From Tepidisphaera sp. (lineage in GTDB: Bacteria > Planctomycetota > Phycisphaerae > Phycisphaerales > UBA1924): a DNA stretch of 64,000 bases. Within the stretch, counting starts at the first letter, position 1; each line of letters opens with the position of its first letter. The stretch covers positions 3,264,001-3,328,000 of the forward strand of contig CP051526.1 of the NCBI GenBank assembly GCA_050916045.1, written 5' to 3'. Shown one piece after another: positions 1 to 9,947 of this stretch. Position numbers and translations under genes: made by a program. The notes under the pieces are model-generated. The model was given only the letters and a program-made list of their open reading frames with translations. It did not search any database and was not told the DNA's origin.

Positions 1-1148
1 ATGAAATCGTCCCATTCGTTCTGGTACGGGCTTCCCTCTTCCTTGAAGCTCGCGGTGATGCTGTCCTTGCTCATCGTGCGGTTGTTGAAGATGACCGACG
101 GCGCCCCGCAGTCGCTGTTGCTCGAAACGATCGCCGCGCCCTTGGTCCCGAGCATGTGGCTCGAGAAGATCTCCTGGCATCCGTCGATGTTCCGGCCGTT
201 GAACATCTGCTTGGTCCCGTCGGCGTAGGTGTACTCGACGCCGTAGGAGTCAAAGTTCTGGTCGACGTTCAGTTCCCCGTTCTTCTTGGCTTTGTAGTGC
301 CGCCCGCCGTACCCCACGGCTTTGACGGGCAGAGCATCCTTCATCCAGCAGAGCTGATCGATGATGTGGATGAAGAAATCGTTGTACCCGCCGCCGCTCG
401 CCCAGAAGTACCCGTGGAACCGGCGGAGCTGATACTCAAGATCGCTGATCCCTGCGGGCTTGGGCCCCGAGCGGAAGGTCGCGATCTCGCCCTGCATCCG
501 GTACCCGTGCTGCGAGATGATCTCGCCGATCTCGCCGTCGCGGACGCGAGCGACAAGCTGCTGCATCGGCCGGCTGTGCCGCGACATCAGCCCGACCGCC
601 ACACGCAACCCCTTCTTCTCCGCCTGCTCCGCGAGGTCGAGCATCCGCTTGCCCGTCGGGCCGTCGACGCAGAGCGGCTTCTCCATGAACACGTTCAAGC
701 CCTTCTCGATCGCGTACTTGAAGTGCACCCAGCGGAACGCCGGCGGCGTCGCCATGATCACCACATCGCCCGGCTTGAGGCAATCCATCGCTTTCTTGTA
801 CCCGTCGAACCCCGCGAAACGCCTTTCTTCCGGCACGTCCATCGTCGTCGAATCGTGCGATTCGGAAAGGCCCTCGTGGCAGGCTTTGAGACGATCCTTG
901 AACGCGTCGGCCATCGCAACAAGCTTCATCGGACCGCGAGGAACCGACAGAGCGTTGTTCGCCGCGCCGCCGCCACGGGAGCCACACCCGACAAGAGCGA
1001 CCTGGATGGTCTCATCGCCGGAGCGGTGAACGCCGCCGAGCACATTCGCACCCGCGAGCCCCGCAAACCCGTGCGTCGCGAGAATCGAGGCAGCCGCAAA
1101 CCCCGTGGTGTCCGTCAGAAACTCGCGACGCGTGGTGGACCTGTTCAT
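1..1148 (-). CDS. Gfo/Idh/MocA family oxidoreductase with Tat signal (runs off left edge)
   Basis: Manual translation from ATG 1148 (GAGGAG SD): MNRSTTRREFL (twin-Arg), VALVGCGSRGGGA Rossmann motif, VFMEKP motif; absent from ORF track because there is no stop in the window. Confidence 0.9.
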   Translation of the reverse strand, partial: MNRSTTRREFLTDTTGFAAASILATHGFAGLAGANVLGGVHRSGDETIQVALVGCGSRGGGAANNALSVPRGPMKLVAMADAFKDRLKACHEGLSESHDSTTMDVPEERRFAGFDGYKKAMDCLKPGDVVIMATPPAFRWVHFKYAIEKGLNVFMEKPLCVDGPTGKRMLDLAEQAEKKGLRVAVGLMSRHSRPMQQLVARVRDGEIGEIISQHGYRMQGEIATFRSGPKPAGISDLEYQLRRFHGYFWASGGGYNDFFIHIIDQLCWMKDALPVKAVGYGGRHYKAKKNGELNVDQNFDSYGVEYTYADGTKQMFNGRNIDGCQEIFSSHMLGTKGAAIVSSNSDCGAPSVIFNNRTMSKDSITASFKEEGSPYQNEWDDF

Positions 1149-1315
1149 GAAACTCCTCGTGGGATCGTGTGCCTCGGCCCCGTCCGTCGCGCGCCGACGC
1201 CCGGGGATGCCGATTTCGTCTCCCAGCCTACAGGATTTTCCCGTCCCGCGCGCAACGATCCCCGCACGATCGACTCACTCGATCAAGCGTCTGTAACGCT
1301 CGCCATCGCTGAAAC

Positions 1316-1400
1316 TGGGCCCGGTGGGAATCGAACCCACATGCCCCGCGAAGGGCCGCGGATTTTAAGTCCGCTGCGTCTGCCGTTCCGCCACGGGCCC
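1316..1400 (-). tRNA. tRNA-Leu(TAA)
   Basis: Acceptor GGGCCCG/CGGGCCC-A, anticodon arm GCGGA-CTTAAAA-TCCGC, long variable arm, GGTTCGATTCC T-loop; CCA not encoded; TACACT -10 at 1410-1415. Confidence 0.95.
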
Positions 1401-1515
1401 GACCCGCCCAGTGTAGTTGACCCCGCTCCCGCGCGACCCGTGAGATCCCGCGCTGGAACGCGCTCCGGACAAAATGGCCGCGGGCTCCGGGGTCGCCGGA
1501 GCCCGCGTCATGGAT

Positions 1516-1977
<462 letters not shown>

Positions 1978-2009
1978 TGTCCACCGATTCTACGCCGATA
2001 CCATCCGCG

Positions 2010-3062
2010 ATGCCCGAGAACGCCCGGCCCGAAACCCAACGCGAACCCCCCCGCGACAACCCACGCACCGTCGCCGTCTGGACCTCCGCCGAGCGCGTCG
2101 CGCTCGTCCGAGAGGTCGTCACCGCGTGCGGCCTCACCGTCTCGCAAGCCGGCTCCCCCCACTCCCCCGACACCCGCCGCGTCGCTTCCGAACTCCGCGC
2201 CGCGCCCGAGGACGACCTCCGCCGACTCGTCGTCGACCCCGACGGCGCCGTCAACTGCATCCTCCTCGCCGACCTTGCGGAAGAGCCCGCACTCGACGCC
2301 CGAACCCTCGCCCAAGCCTCCGCCAAAGGCGCCAAAATCGCCTCCCTCGAGCCCATCCCCCACTCTGCGCTCGCCCTCACCAGCGGCGGCTGGGTCGACG
2401 CCGCCCAGCCGCACACCGCACGAAGCATCCTCGGCCTCCTCCGACATTCCCGCGCCGCCCGCGACGCCGCCGAGATCCTCGAACGCTTCACCTCCCCCCA
2501 CGCTGCCATGTTCGAGAGCCTCTGCGGCCCGCACGAAGGCTCTCTCGGCGCTCGGCTCTTTGACGCCCTCGACTCCCTCCACGCGATCATGGGGGAAGCC
2601 GAGACGATCACCGCTTCGTTCACGCCCGCCCCCGGCGCTCCCGCCGCCCCGCCCGACGGCCTCATCGCCCTCTCAGGAACGATCTCCGCCACGCTCCGCT
2701 TCGCAAGCGGCCGCACCGCAAGCGTCTTCGCCTCCAACCGCGCCGCCTCCTGGCGTCGCTCATCGACCATCCTCGCCGCCCCAGGACGCCTCACCCTCAC
2801 CGACGCGGGCTTTGAATGGCGCGACGAATCCGGCGCGGTCGTCGACCTCTCTTCCCAAGCCTCCGAAGGCCCGACCTGGACCGCCTTCCGCACCCTCAGC
2901 GAAGCCCTCGCACGCTTCCTCGACCCCGCCGCGCCCGCCGAAGCACCCACCGACCTCCCGGCCGTCCTCTCCATGGCCCAAGCGGTGCTCCTCGCCGCTC
3001 GCACCAGCCAGCCCGAATCCCCCGCCACGATCCGCCGCATGGTTGGGCTCCCAGAGAAATAG
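2010..3062 (+). CDS. Divergent Gfo/Idh/MocA-like protein
   Basis: Overall layout resembles oxidoreductases (IASLEPIP in place of EKP; LRFASGRTAS C-terminal sheet) but lacks GxGxxG; TACCAT 5 nt upstream of ATG. Confidence 0.55.
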   Translation: MPENARPETQREPPRDNPRTVAVWTSAERVALVREVVTACGLTVSQAGSPHSPDTRRVASELRAAPEDDLRRLVVDPDGAVNCILLADLAEEPALDARTLAQASAKGAKIASLEPIPHSALALTSGGWVDAAQPHTARSILGLLRHSRAARDAAEILERFTSPHAAMFESLCGPHEGSLGARLFDALDSLHAIMGEAETITASFTPAPGAPAAPPDGLIALSGTISATLRFASGRTASVFASNRAASWRRSSTILAAPGRLTLTDAGFEWRDESGAVVDLSSQASEGPTWTAFRTLSEALARFLDPAAPAEAPTDLPAVLSMAQAVLLAARTSQPESPATIRRMVGLPEK

Positions 3063-3110
3063 CCGCGCACCAAGCCCGCGGTTTCGCCTCCGGTCCTGTA
3101 TCCTGCGGGC

Positions 3111-4565
3111 ATGCTCAGCGCCCTCTTCGCCATCGCCGCTCTCTCCGCCGATCCACCCAAGCCCTTCGGCGCCTGCCCCACACCCGCGCAGGTCGCCTGG
3201 CACGACCTTGAGTTCTACGGCTTCGTCCACTTCACCACCAACACCTTCACCGGCAAGGAATGGGGCTTCGGCGACGAGTCCCCGAGCATCTTCGCGCCCA
3301 CCGCGCTCGACACCACACAGTGGGCCAGAGTCGCCAAAGACGCCGGCATGAAGGGCCTGATCCTCACAGCCAAGCACCACGACGGGTTCTGCCTCTGGCC
3401 CAGCGCCTTCACCTCCCATTCGGTGAAAGCCTCTCCCTACAAGGACGGCAAGGGCGACGTCGTCCGCGAGTTCGCCGACGCCTGCCGCGCGCAAAACCTC
3501 AAGGTCGGCTTGTACCTCTCCCCTTGGGACCGCAACCATGCCGACTACGGCAAGCCGGCGTACGTCTCCTACTACCGCGACCAGTGGAAAGAGCTCATTA
3601 CCACCTACGGCCCGCTCTTTGAAATCTGGCAGGACGGAGCCAACGGCGGCGACGGCTACTACGGCGGAGCCCGCGAAACCAGGAAGATCGACCGCGTCAG
3701 CTACTACGACTGGCCCACCACCAACGCCGGCATCCTCGCCCAGGATCCCTCCATCATCATCTTCTCCGATGCTGGCCCAGGCTGCCGCTGGGTCGGCAAC
3801 GAATCCGGCTACTCCGACGAAGAAAGCTGGCAGACCATCAACCTCTCGGGCATGTACCCGGGCGTCTCGCACGACCACCTCGCCAAGGGTGACAAGAACG
3901 GCTCGCACTGGGTCGGCGTCGAGGTCGACGTCTCGATCCGCCCGGGCTGGTTCTACCACGAGAACGAGAACGCCAAGGTCAAATCCGGTGCCGATCTCGT
4001 CGACATCTACTTCCGCTCCGTCGGCCGCGGAGCCAACCTGCTTCTCAACATCCCACCCGACACCCGAGGGATCTTCCACGAACGCGATGTGGCTTCACTC
4101 CGCGAGATGCGAGCCGCGCTCGACGCCATCTTCAAGACCGACCTCGCGAAGGGCCGCCAAGCCTCCGGCCCCGCCCGAGGCAACGACGCCAAGTTCTCCC
4201 CCGCCATGCTCACCGACGGCGACCCGGCGACGTACTGGGCCACCGACGACGCCACGACGACCGCCGAGACCGTGATCGAACTCGGCGCCGAAACCACCTT
4301 CAACGTCGTCAAGCTCCGCGAGCACATCCACCTCGGCCAGCGCGTCGAACGCTTCACCGTCGAAGCATGGTCCGGCGGCGCGTGGAAGCCCGTCGCTAGC
4401 GGCACGACCATCGGGCCCCAGCGGATTCTTCGTCTCCCCGAGACCAAAGCCTCGCGTGTCAGGCTCCGCATCGACGCCGCGCTCGCCTGCCCCACCATCA
4501 GCGAATTCTCGATCTACCACGGCCCCGAGAAAAGCCTGCCCCCGCTCGCCAAGCCAGCCCGGTGA
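3111..4565 (+). CDS. Alpha-L-fucosidase (GH29) with C-terminal F5/8 type C domain, secreted
   Basis: Signal peptide, LTAKHHDGFCLWPS, WQDGA nucleophile region, RWVGNESG, SIRPGWFYH, SVGRGANLLLN. Confidence 0.93.
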   Translation: MLSALFAIAALSADPPKPFGACPTPAQVAWHDLEFYGFVHFTTNTFTGKEWGFGDESPSIFAPTALDTTQWARVAKDAGMKGLILTAKHHDGFCLWPSAFTSHSVKASPYKDGKGDVVREFADACRAQNLKVGLYLSPWDRNHADYGKPAYVSYYRDQWKELITTYGPLFEIWQDGANGGDGYYGGARETRKIDRVSYYDWPTTNAGILAQDPSIIIFSDAGPGCRWVGNESGYSDEESWQTINLSGMYPGVSHDHLAKGDKNGSHWVGVEVDVSIRPGWFYHENENAKVKSGADLVDIYFRSVGRGANLLLNIPPDTRGIFHERDVASLREMRAALDAIFKTDLAKGRQASGPARGNDAKFSPAMLTDGDPATYWATDDATTTAETVIELGAETTFNVVKLREHIHLGQRVERFTVEAWSGGAWKPVASGTTIGPQRILRLPETKASRVRLRIDAALACPTISEFSIYHGPEKSLPPLAKPAR

Positions 4566-4568
4566 TTC

Positions 4569-5483
4569 TCACCCTCCGCCGAGCGGCACGACCAGCCCGG
4601 GAATCTCTTCCACGCGCGGCGGCGACGACAGATCCACCGGCAGGTACACCCCGCGATCATGGTCGCTGTTGAGAATCACCGCGTTGGGCGGCACGATCCG
4701 CACGCCCGACTCCGCGTGCTCATGCCCGATCAGGAAGAGGTTGATCCCCCACCGCTCGACCAGGTCCTCGAGCAGCTCGGCGTCGTGCGACCGGCCCCAG
4801 ACCATGTTGTACGCGCTGCCCACCAGCGGCTCGTAGTCGCGGGGCTCAAGATCCCGCGACAGGATCGTCGGATCAAACCGCGCCATCTGCCCCGGGCTGG
4901 GCAAGCTGTGCGAGCAGAGCAGGTGCCGCCCGCCCGGACGTCCGTCCGGCCCCAGGCACTCCACCCGCATCGCAATCGGCATCGACATCACGAAAGCCTT
5001 GATCGCTTCCGCCACCTTCGGAGCGTCATCCGCGTACGCGTACTCAAGCCCGGCGTTGAACGCATCCACCACGCGCACGCCGTCCTTCAAGATCGCCGTG
5101 CCAAGCACCTGCGCAAGCTCGTGATTGCCCAGAAGCACGTGCACCCGCTCGGGAAACTCGGCTTTGAGCGCCGCCACCCGCGCCAGCGCCCGGAACGAAA
5201 AATCCATCCCGTTCACCATCCGCGGCGGGTGGATGATCTCGTGAAGCGTCAGATGCGGTCCGGCCTGCGCCGCCGACAGTCCATCCATCCCGGCGTCGCG
5301 GACCAGCTTGGCCATGTGCATCGGGTTGTCGTGCAGATCGCCCGTCGCCAGAAGCATGCCGGGAGCTTCGATCACGTCGATCGAGCCGCGGCGGCACGAA
5401 GCCCCACGATTGGCTTCCGCTCCCGCCATCATCAGGTCGATGACGGTCCCCGCATTGCCGAGTTGAAGAGCGGCCAGATCCAT
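4569..5483 (-). CDS. Calcineurin-like metallophosphoesterase
   Basis: TGDLHD, LLGNHE, SHS, IGHE motifs. Confidence 0.8.
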   Translation of the reverse strand: MDLAALQLGNAGTVIDLMMAGAEANRGASCRRGSIDVIEAPGMLLATGDLHDNPMHMAKLVRDAGMDGLSAAQAGPHLTLHEIIHPPRMVNGMDFSFRALARVAALKAEFPERVHVLLGNHELAQVLGTAILKDGVRVVDAFNAGLEYAYADDAPKVAEAIKAFVMSMPIAMRVECLGPDGRPGGRHLLCSHSLPSPGQMARFDPTILSRDLEPRDYEPLVGSAYNMVWGRSHDAELLEDLVERWGINLFLIGHEHAESGVRIVPPNAVILNSDHDRGVYLPVDLSSPPRVEEIPGLVVPLGGG

Positions 5484-5510
5484 CTCGCGGCGCCCGGTCC
5501 TCTCTGACGC

Positions 5511-6419
5511 TTACGCGTCCGGAGCGCTGTCCATCGGGTTGAACCCGCCGGTGCCCTCGCGCTTGGCGCGGAGGATGCCCAGGATGAGCTGGAGCCGGTC
5601 GGCGACGAACCGCATCGATTCCGGCCGCTTCTCCGAGTCCACCTCGACGCACTGCATGATGATCTCGTTGAGCTTGGGGTGGATCCGCTGGTTGAGCGAG
5701 ATCGCCGGCTTGGGCTTCTCGATCAGGTTATCATCAAGCCTGCTGACGAGCGAATCCCCGCCGGCGAGGGCGGTGGGCACCTTCGTCCGCGTGAGCATGA
5801 AGTACATGGTCGCGCCGAGGTTGTAGATGTCGGTCTTGCCCGTGATCGGGCGGCAGTGCACCTGCTCGGGCGCGATGTAGTCGGGCGTGCCCTGGATGCG
5901 TTCCTTGACCGTGCCGACTTTGCAGCTCTGGCCCAGGTCGATGATCTTCACCTCGCCGTCGGAGGTGACGACGATGTTGTTGGGCTTCATGTCCGCGTGG
6001 ACGAACCCGCGTTCGTGCATGTACGCGAGGGCGTCGGCGGTCTGTTCGAAGATGCTGACGGCTTCCTCGAAGGTGCGCGGCGGCCGGCGGTCGAGGGCTT
6101 CTCCGTCGACCAGCTCCATGACGATGTACAGATCGGTGACGCCGCTCAGCAGGCCAGCCCGCTTGCGAACCACGCGGTCGATCTTGCGGATCTTGGGGTG
6201 CGCGAGCTGGCGGTTGATGTCCGCTTCGGCTTCGGCCTGATCCAGGAACCGCTGGTCCTTGGGCTCGAGCTTGGCGACGTGTTTGAGAGCCCAGATGTGG
6301 TCGGTCTTGGTGTCCTTGGCCAAGTAGATAATCGAGGCCGCCCCACGGCCCAATTCGCCGAGGATCCTGAAACCCTCGACCGTGTCCCCCTTTTTGTGCT
6401 CCGTCATCACTCGCGTCAT
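5511..6419 (-). CDS. Cytoplasmic Hanks-type Ser/Thr protein kinase
   Basis: LGRGAAS, ALK, HADMKPNN, DLG, GTPDYIAPEQ; start could be 6419 or 6407. Confidence 0.9.
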   Translation of the reverse strand: MTRVMTEHKKGDTVEGFRILGELGRGAASIIYLAKDTKTDHIWALKHVAKLEPKDQRFLDQAEAEADINRQLAHPKIRKIDRVVRKRAGLLSGVTDLYIVMELVDGEALDRRPPRTFEEAVSIFEQTADALAYMHERGFVHADMKPNNIVVTSDGEVKIIDLGQSCKVGTVKERIQGTPDYIAPEQVHCRPITGKTDIYNLGATMYFMLTRTKVPTALAGGDSLVSRLDDNLIEKPKPAISLNQRIHPKLNEIIMQCVEVDSEKRPESMRFVADRLQLILGILRAKREGTGGFNPMDSAPDA

Positions 6420-6671
6420 GCCACAGACTTTCCCGACCGTCTCCGACCGTGTTAACCGACCTCCCGACCGCCCGCCGATCAAGACAGATGTTTCCCCGTC
6501 GCTTGCGCTTCAAAAAACTCGCCGGCAGGAAGAAACCCCGCCGATCCCCCGGAGGGGGGCCTCCGGGATAGGCCCTAACACTAGCGCGGCCCCCGTCCCT
6601 CGTCATGCCTGTCCCGGTATCGACTGTTCACCCCGACGGCTCAACTCCGGGCATGGGCACCCCAAAACGAC

Positions 6672-6699
6672 CACCGCCCGACCATTCGGCCGGGCGGTG
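6672..6699 (-). terminator. Probable intrinsic terminator after amidase-like gene
   Basis: CACCGCCCG..CGGGCGGTG hairpin followed by GTCGTTTT on the minus strand. Confidence 0.55.
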
Positions 6700-6718
6700 A
6701 GGAACGGTTGCATGAAAG

Positions 6719-7351
6719 TTATCCGCCGAAAGCTTCGCGGAACGCCGCAGCTCCGAAACCGGGGCCGAGCTTGGAGAAATCTACGCGATCAAAGCTGATG
6801 CCGTGCTGACGCATGAGGTCCGCGACCATCACACGTGTCCGCTCGAACTGGCTCTCGGTCAGGCGATCCCGGCGGCTGTTGCCCACCAACGCGACCACGA
6901 TCGTGCGATCATCGATCAGGCCCGGAGCGTAAAGCTCGGACCCCGCCCGCTGATCACGCCAGAAGTTGCACTCGTAAGACTTGCCATCGTCCAAGCCGCG
7001 ACCGTTGCCGATCACGAAGTGGTATCCCACACCCTCCGCCACACCGAGCGCGGCACCCTGCTCGCGAAGCGTTCCCGCATCGGCGAACGGAGAACCCGTG
7101 TCCACCAGCACGATCCGCGACCAGCGGCCGGTCTGAGCTTTGGTGATCGAAGTGCCGCTCGTGCGGCTCTTGGCCATCAGGGCCTGCGCCTCGCTCGACT
7201 TCGCGGAGGGATCCAGAGCGTAAAGCACGCCGCCGACGGTCGTCATCGACGCGACCAAGGCCACCCAGATCACCCGAGCCCGCGCGGAGATCCCGCCCTG
7301 GCCCTTGCCAGAGGATTTCGCACGACGGGATGGGGCTCGTTTGGTTGCCAC
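6719..7351 (-). CDS. Membrane-anchored Amidase_2/PGRP-like protein, probably catalytically inactive
   Basis: N-terminal basic region plus TM helix; GYHFVIGNG..DG, W..Q, VALVGN, T..Q pattern; Zn ligands missing. Confidence 0.7.
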   Translation of the reverse strand: MATKRAPSRRAKSSGKGQGGISARARVIWVALVASMTTVGGVLYALDPSAKSSEAQALMAKSRTSGTSITKAQTGRWSRIVLVDTGSPFADAGTLREQGAALGVAEGVGYHFVIGNGRGLDDGKSYECNFWRDQRAGSELYAPGLIDDRTIVVALVGNSRRDRLTESQFERTRVMVADLMRQHGISFDRVDFSKLGPGFGAAAFREAFGG

Positions 7352-7523
7352 GATCTGATTCTCGCAAAGAAAGACTCGAACTTCCAGTGCATCGACGAAA
7401 TGAACTCAAAAAGTTCAGAGTTCACCAAAGTTTGTGCGTGATTATTTGACGCACCTCGACACGGGAAACTTCCACACAACAGGCTGTGTTCGCCGTACCC
7501 GCCGAACACAAGGTCGGTCGGTA

Positions 7524-7739
7524 TCAGTCTCGGCGAAGCAGCCGGCCCCGCAGGTTCGGCTTATCGATACCGAACTCATCCGTAACGTACGCCGGAGGAC
7601 GCTGCCCGCGCAGCGCGTCGTAGCGGTCGTACTGGCTGCGCGGCTCACTTTCGGCCAAAAGCGGCTCGCCGCACCCGGTCGCCACGAGCGCACACGCCGC
7701 CAGCACCCCACCGCAGATCCGCCCGATTGCACGCGTCAT
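7524..7739 (-). CDS. Small putative lipoprotein
   Basis: MTRAIGRICGGVLAACALVATG-C lipobox-like; TACCAT 6 nt upstream of ATG. Confidence 0.7.
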   Translation of the reverse strand: MTRAIGRICGGVLAACALVATGCGEPLLAESEPRSQYDRYDALRGQRPPAYVTDEFGIDKPNLRGRLLRRD

Positions 7740-7791
7740 GCCGCGATGGTATCTCGGCCCCGGCCGCACCGCACGCTCCGACGATCCGTCC

Positions 7792-7829
7792 AAAAACCGT
7801 GTGCCGCCCGGCTCGGCCGGGCGGCACAC
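7792..7829 (-). terminator. Intrinsic terminator downstream of trmL
   Basis: 14-bp perfect stem GTGTGCCGCCCGGC/GCCGGGCGGCACAC followed by GGTTTTT. Confidence 0.8.
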
Positions 7830-7914
7830 TGGAGGAGAGAGGAGAAGACCGTTTGACTTCTTTATCTACGTGCGCACGACCCGGGCTGTTCTTGAATCTC
7901 GCAAGAACTGAGCC

Positions 7915-8478
7915 TTAACACGACGGCGGGACGATCCGCCCACGTTCATTCAGAAAAACCGAACGCGAAACGAACAACTGTCGCAGCCCCTCGTACACAG
8001 TGGCGCAAACCGCCGTCGCCAGATTGAGCGAACGCTCCCCCTCGATCATCGGAAGCGTTAAGGTATTGTCCGGATAAGCCCGCAAAATCTCATCCGGCAG
8101 GCCGCGGGTCTCCTTCCCGAAGACGAGCGCATCGCCACGCTCGAACTTGGCGTCGAAGACCGATCGCGTGGTTTTGGTGGTCAAAAGCCAAAGCCGCTTG
8201 GGCCGCCGGGTCGCGATGTACGCGTCCCAGCTTTCGTGCTCGCGAACGCCAAGCCGCGGCCAGTAATCCAGCCCCGCGCGGCGGCAGGCTTTCTCCGACA
8301 CGTCAAAGCCAAGCGGCTTGATCAGATCAAGTGAGCACCCGGCCGCGACGCAGGTGCGGCCGATGTTCCCGGTGTTGTTGGGGATCTCCGGCTCGTGAAG
8401 CACGACATGAAAGAAAGGGGAGCCCGCGTCGGGGCTCCCCTTCTCGATGTTCGTGTTCGCGTCGCGACCTTGGGTCAT
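7915..8478 (-). CDS. trmL: tRNA (cytidine/uridine(34)-2'-O)-methyltransferase
   Basis: VLHEPEIPNNTGNIGRTC, RRAGLDYW, FGKETRGLP, RSLNLA SPOUT motifs; ATGA overlap with upstream gene. Confidence 0.92.
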   Translation of the reverse strand: MTQGRDANTNIEKGSPDAGSPFFHVVLHEPEIPNNTGNIGRTCVAAGCSLDLIKPLGFDVSEKACRRAGLDYWPRLGVREHESWDAYIATRRPKRLWLLTTKTTRSVFDAKFERGDALVFGKETRGLPDEILRAYPDNTLTLPMIEGERSLNLATAVCATVYEGLRQLFVSRSVFLNERGRIVPPSC

Positions 8479-9866
8479 TTCTTGGCGGGCGCGGACTTGT
8501 CCTTGTTGGCCGCAAGCCACTTGGCTTCGGCGTCACGGCGGGCGATCACCGCCGGATCCACGAGGATGCAGGTGTTGAGGGACTTGAGGCCGAAGGACTG
8601 GTACGCGGCGATCTCGCCGAACCAGCGCATCACGCCGTCGGTGCTGATGACCGCCATGGCGCCCGTCGGCCATTCGGTCTGGTGCTCGGGCTTGGCCGAG
8701 TCGAAGAACAGGTTGTCCATGTCGAGGAAGAAGGGGAATTCAACCTTCCGCTCCTTGCGGTAGTTCTCGAGGCGGGCGGTGACCTTCTCGGGATCCGTCT
8801 CGTACTTCTTCTCCGAGTTGCTGTTGCCGGAGTTCTGCGCGAGGATCGACGGATTGATGACCGCCATGGTGTACACCACGTCGCGCGTGCGGGCCTGCTC
8901 CTGGCTGAGGGAGTCGACCAGGGTGTTGAACCGCGTGCCGATCGCGTCGGGATGGAAGAAAATCACGACGGTGATTCGTCCGCGGAGGTTGGGCACCTTG
9001 CCGATCCAACCTTCGGTGGGAAGGGAGACGGTCCGCGTCGCGGGCAGTTTGCCGTCCTTGCGGTAGTCCTTCTCTTCCTGCTCGCTCATCGGGGGGAGAG
9101 GCCACTTCGCGGCTTCGTACGCGGAATCCGAAGGCTGGTTAAAGCCAAGGTCCGGGATGCGGGTCATGTCGATGACGTCGGCGGCGCCGGTCGTGCGGCG
9201 GGCTTCGGCTTCGAGTCGGGCCCGCTCGGCCGCGATCATGTCGTTGATCTTCGCGGCGTCGGCTGCTTTCTCGTCGGTGAGCTTCTTGACGGCGGTCTCC
9301 ATCACATCGCTGGAGATGCCCGCGTAGCGAAGCTGGCCGGCGCGATCGATCAGGTAGATCTCAGGATCCTGCCCGGCGCTGAGGCCCTTGCGGAACTCGT
9401 TCTTGGCGTCGTGGGCGAGGAGGAACTTGGCGCCATCCGGGCTCTTGGTCTTCTCGGCTTCGGCCCAGCCGTCCTTGTCGTGCACGGCGACGACGATGAG
9501 GTCCTTCTTGGCGTAGGTCTCGGCGAGCGAGCGAGCGGTCTCGACGACCTTCGCCGCGGGCTTGAACCACGAGGAATAGGTAACGACGAGGACGACTTTG
9601 CCCTTGAAGTCGGCGTTGGCCAGAGCAGAGCCGTTGGTCCAGTCGGTGAGCTTGCCGAACGCGTCGGCCGCGAACGGCTTGAGTTCAAGCTTGGTCATCT
9701 CGAGGCGTCGCGAACCCTCGCCGCGGCGCGTGATCTCGGGGTTGACGGTGAGAACCTCGTCCCGCTTGGGCTGGGCGGCCGCGGGCATCGCAAGCCCGGC
9801 GACGCTCGCCACGCCCGCGGTCCAGAGCACACCCGCCGACAACCACCGCACACTCTTCTTCATCAT
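8475..9866 (-). CDS. Secreted protein with TlpA/redoxin-like thioredoxin-fold domains lacking CxxC
   Basis: Signal peptide; FKGKVVLVVTYSSW, PEIYLIDRAGQLRY; second repeat LRGRITVVIFF..VISTDGVMRW. Confidence 0.7.
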   Translation of the reverse strand: MMKKSVRWLSAGVLWTAGVASVAGLAMPAAAQPKRDEVLTVNPEITRRGEGSRRLEMTKLELKPFAADAFGKLTDWTNGSALANADFKGKVVLVVTYSSWFKPAAKVVETARSLAETYAKKDLIVVAVHDKDGWAEAEKTKSPDGAKFLLAHDAKNEFRKGLSAGQDPEIYLIDRAGQLRYAGISSDVMETAVKKLTDEKAADAAKINDMIAAERARLEAEARRTTGAADVIDMTRIPDLGFNQPSDSAYEAAKWPLPPMSEQEEKDYRKDGKLPATRTVSLPTEGWIGKVPNLRGRITVVIFFHPDAIGTRFNTLVDSLSQEQARTRDVVYTMAVINPSILAQNSGNSNSEKKYETDPEKVTARLENYRKERKVEFPFFLDMDNLFFDSAKPEHQTEWPTGAMAVISTDGVMRWFGEIAAYQSFGLKSLNTCILVDPAVIARRDAEAKWLAANKDKSAPAKK

Positions 9867-9947
9867 CGTGAACTCCAGACGCATTTGGACCACCCAGGTC
9901 ATCAGCCCGATCGGGCTTCAGGCACACTGTAGAGACACCGACACTGA

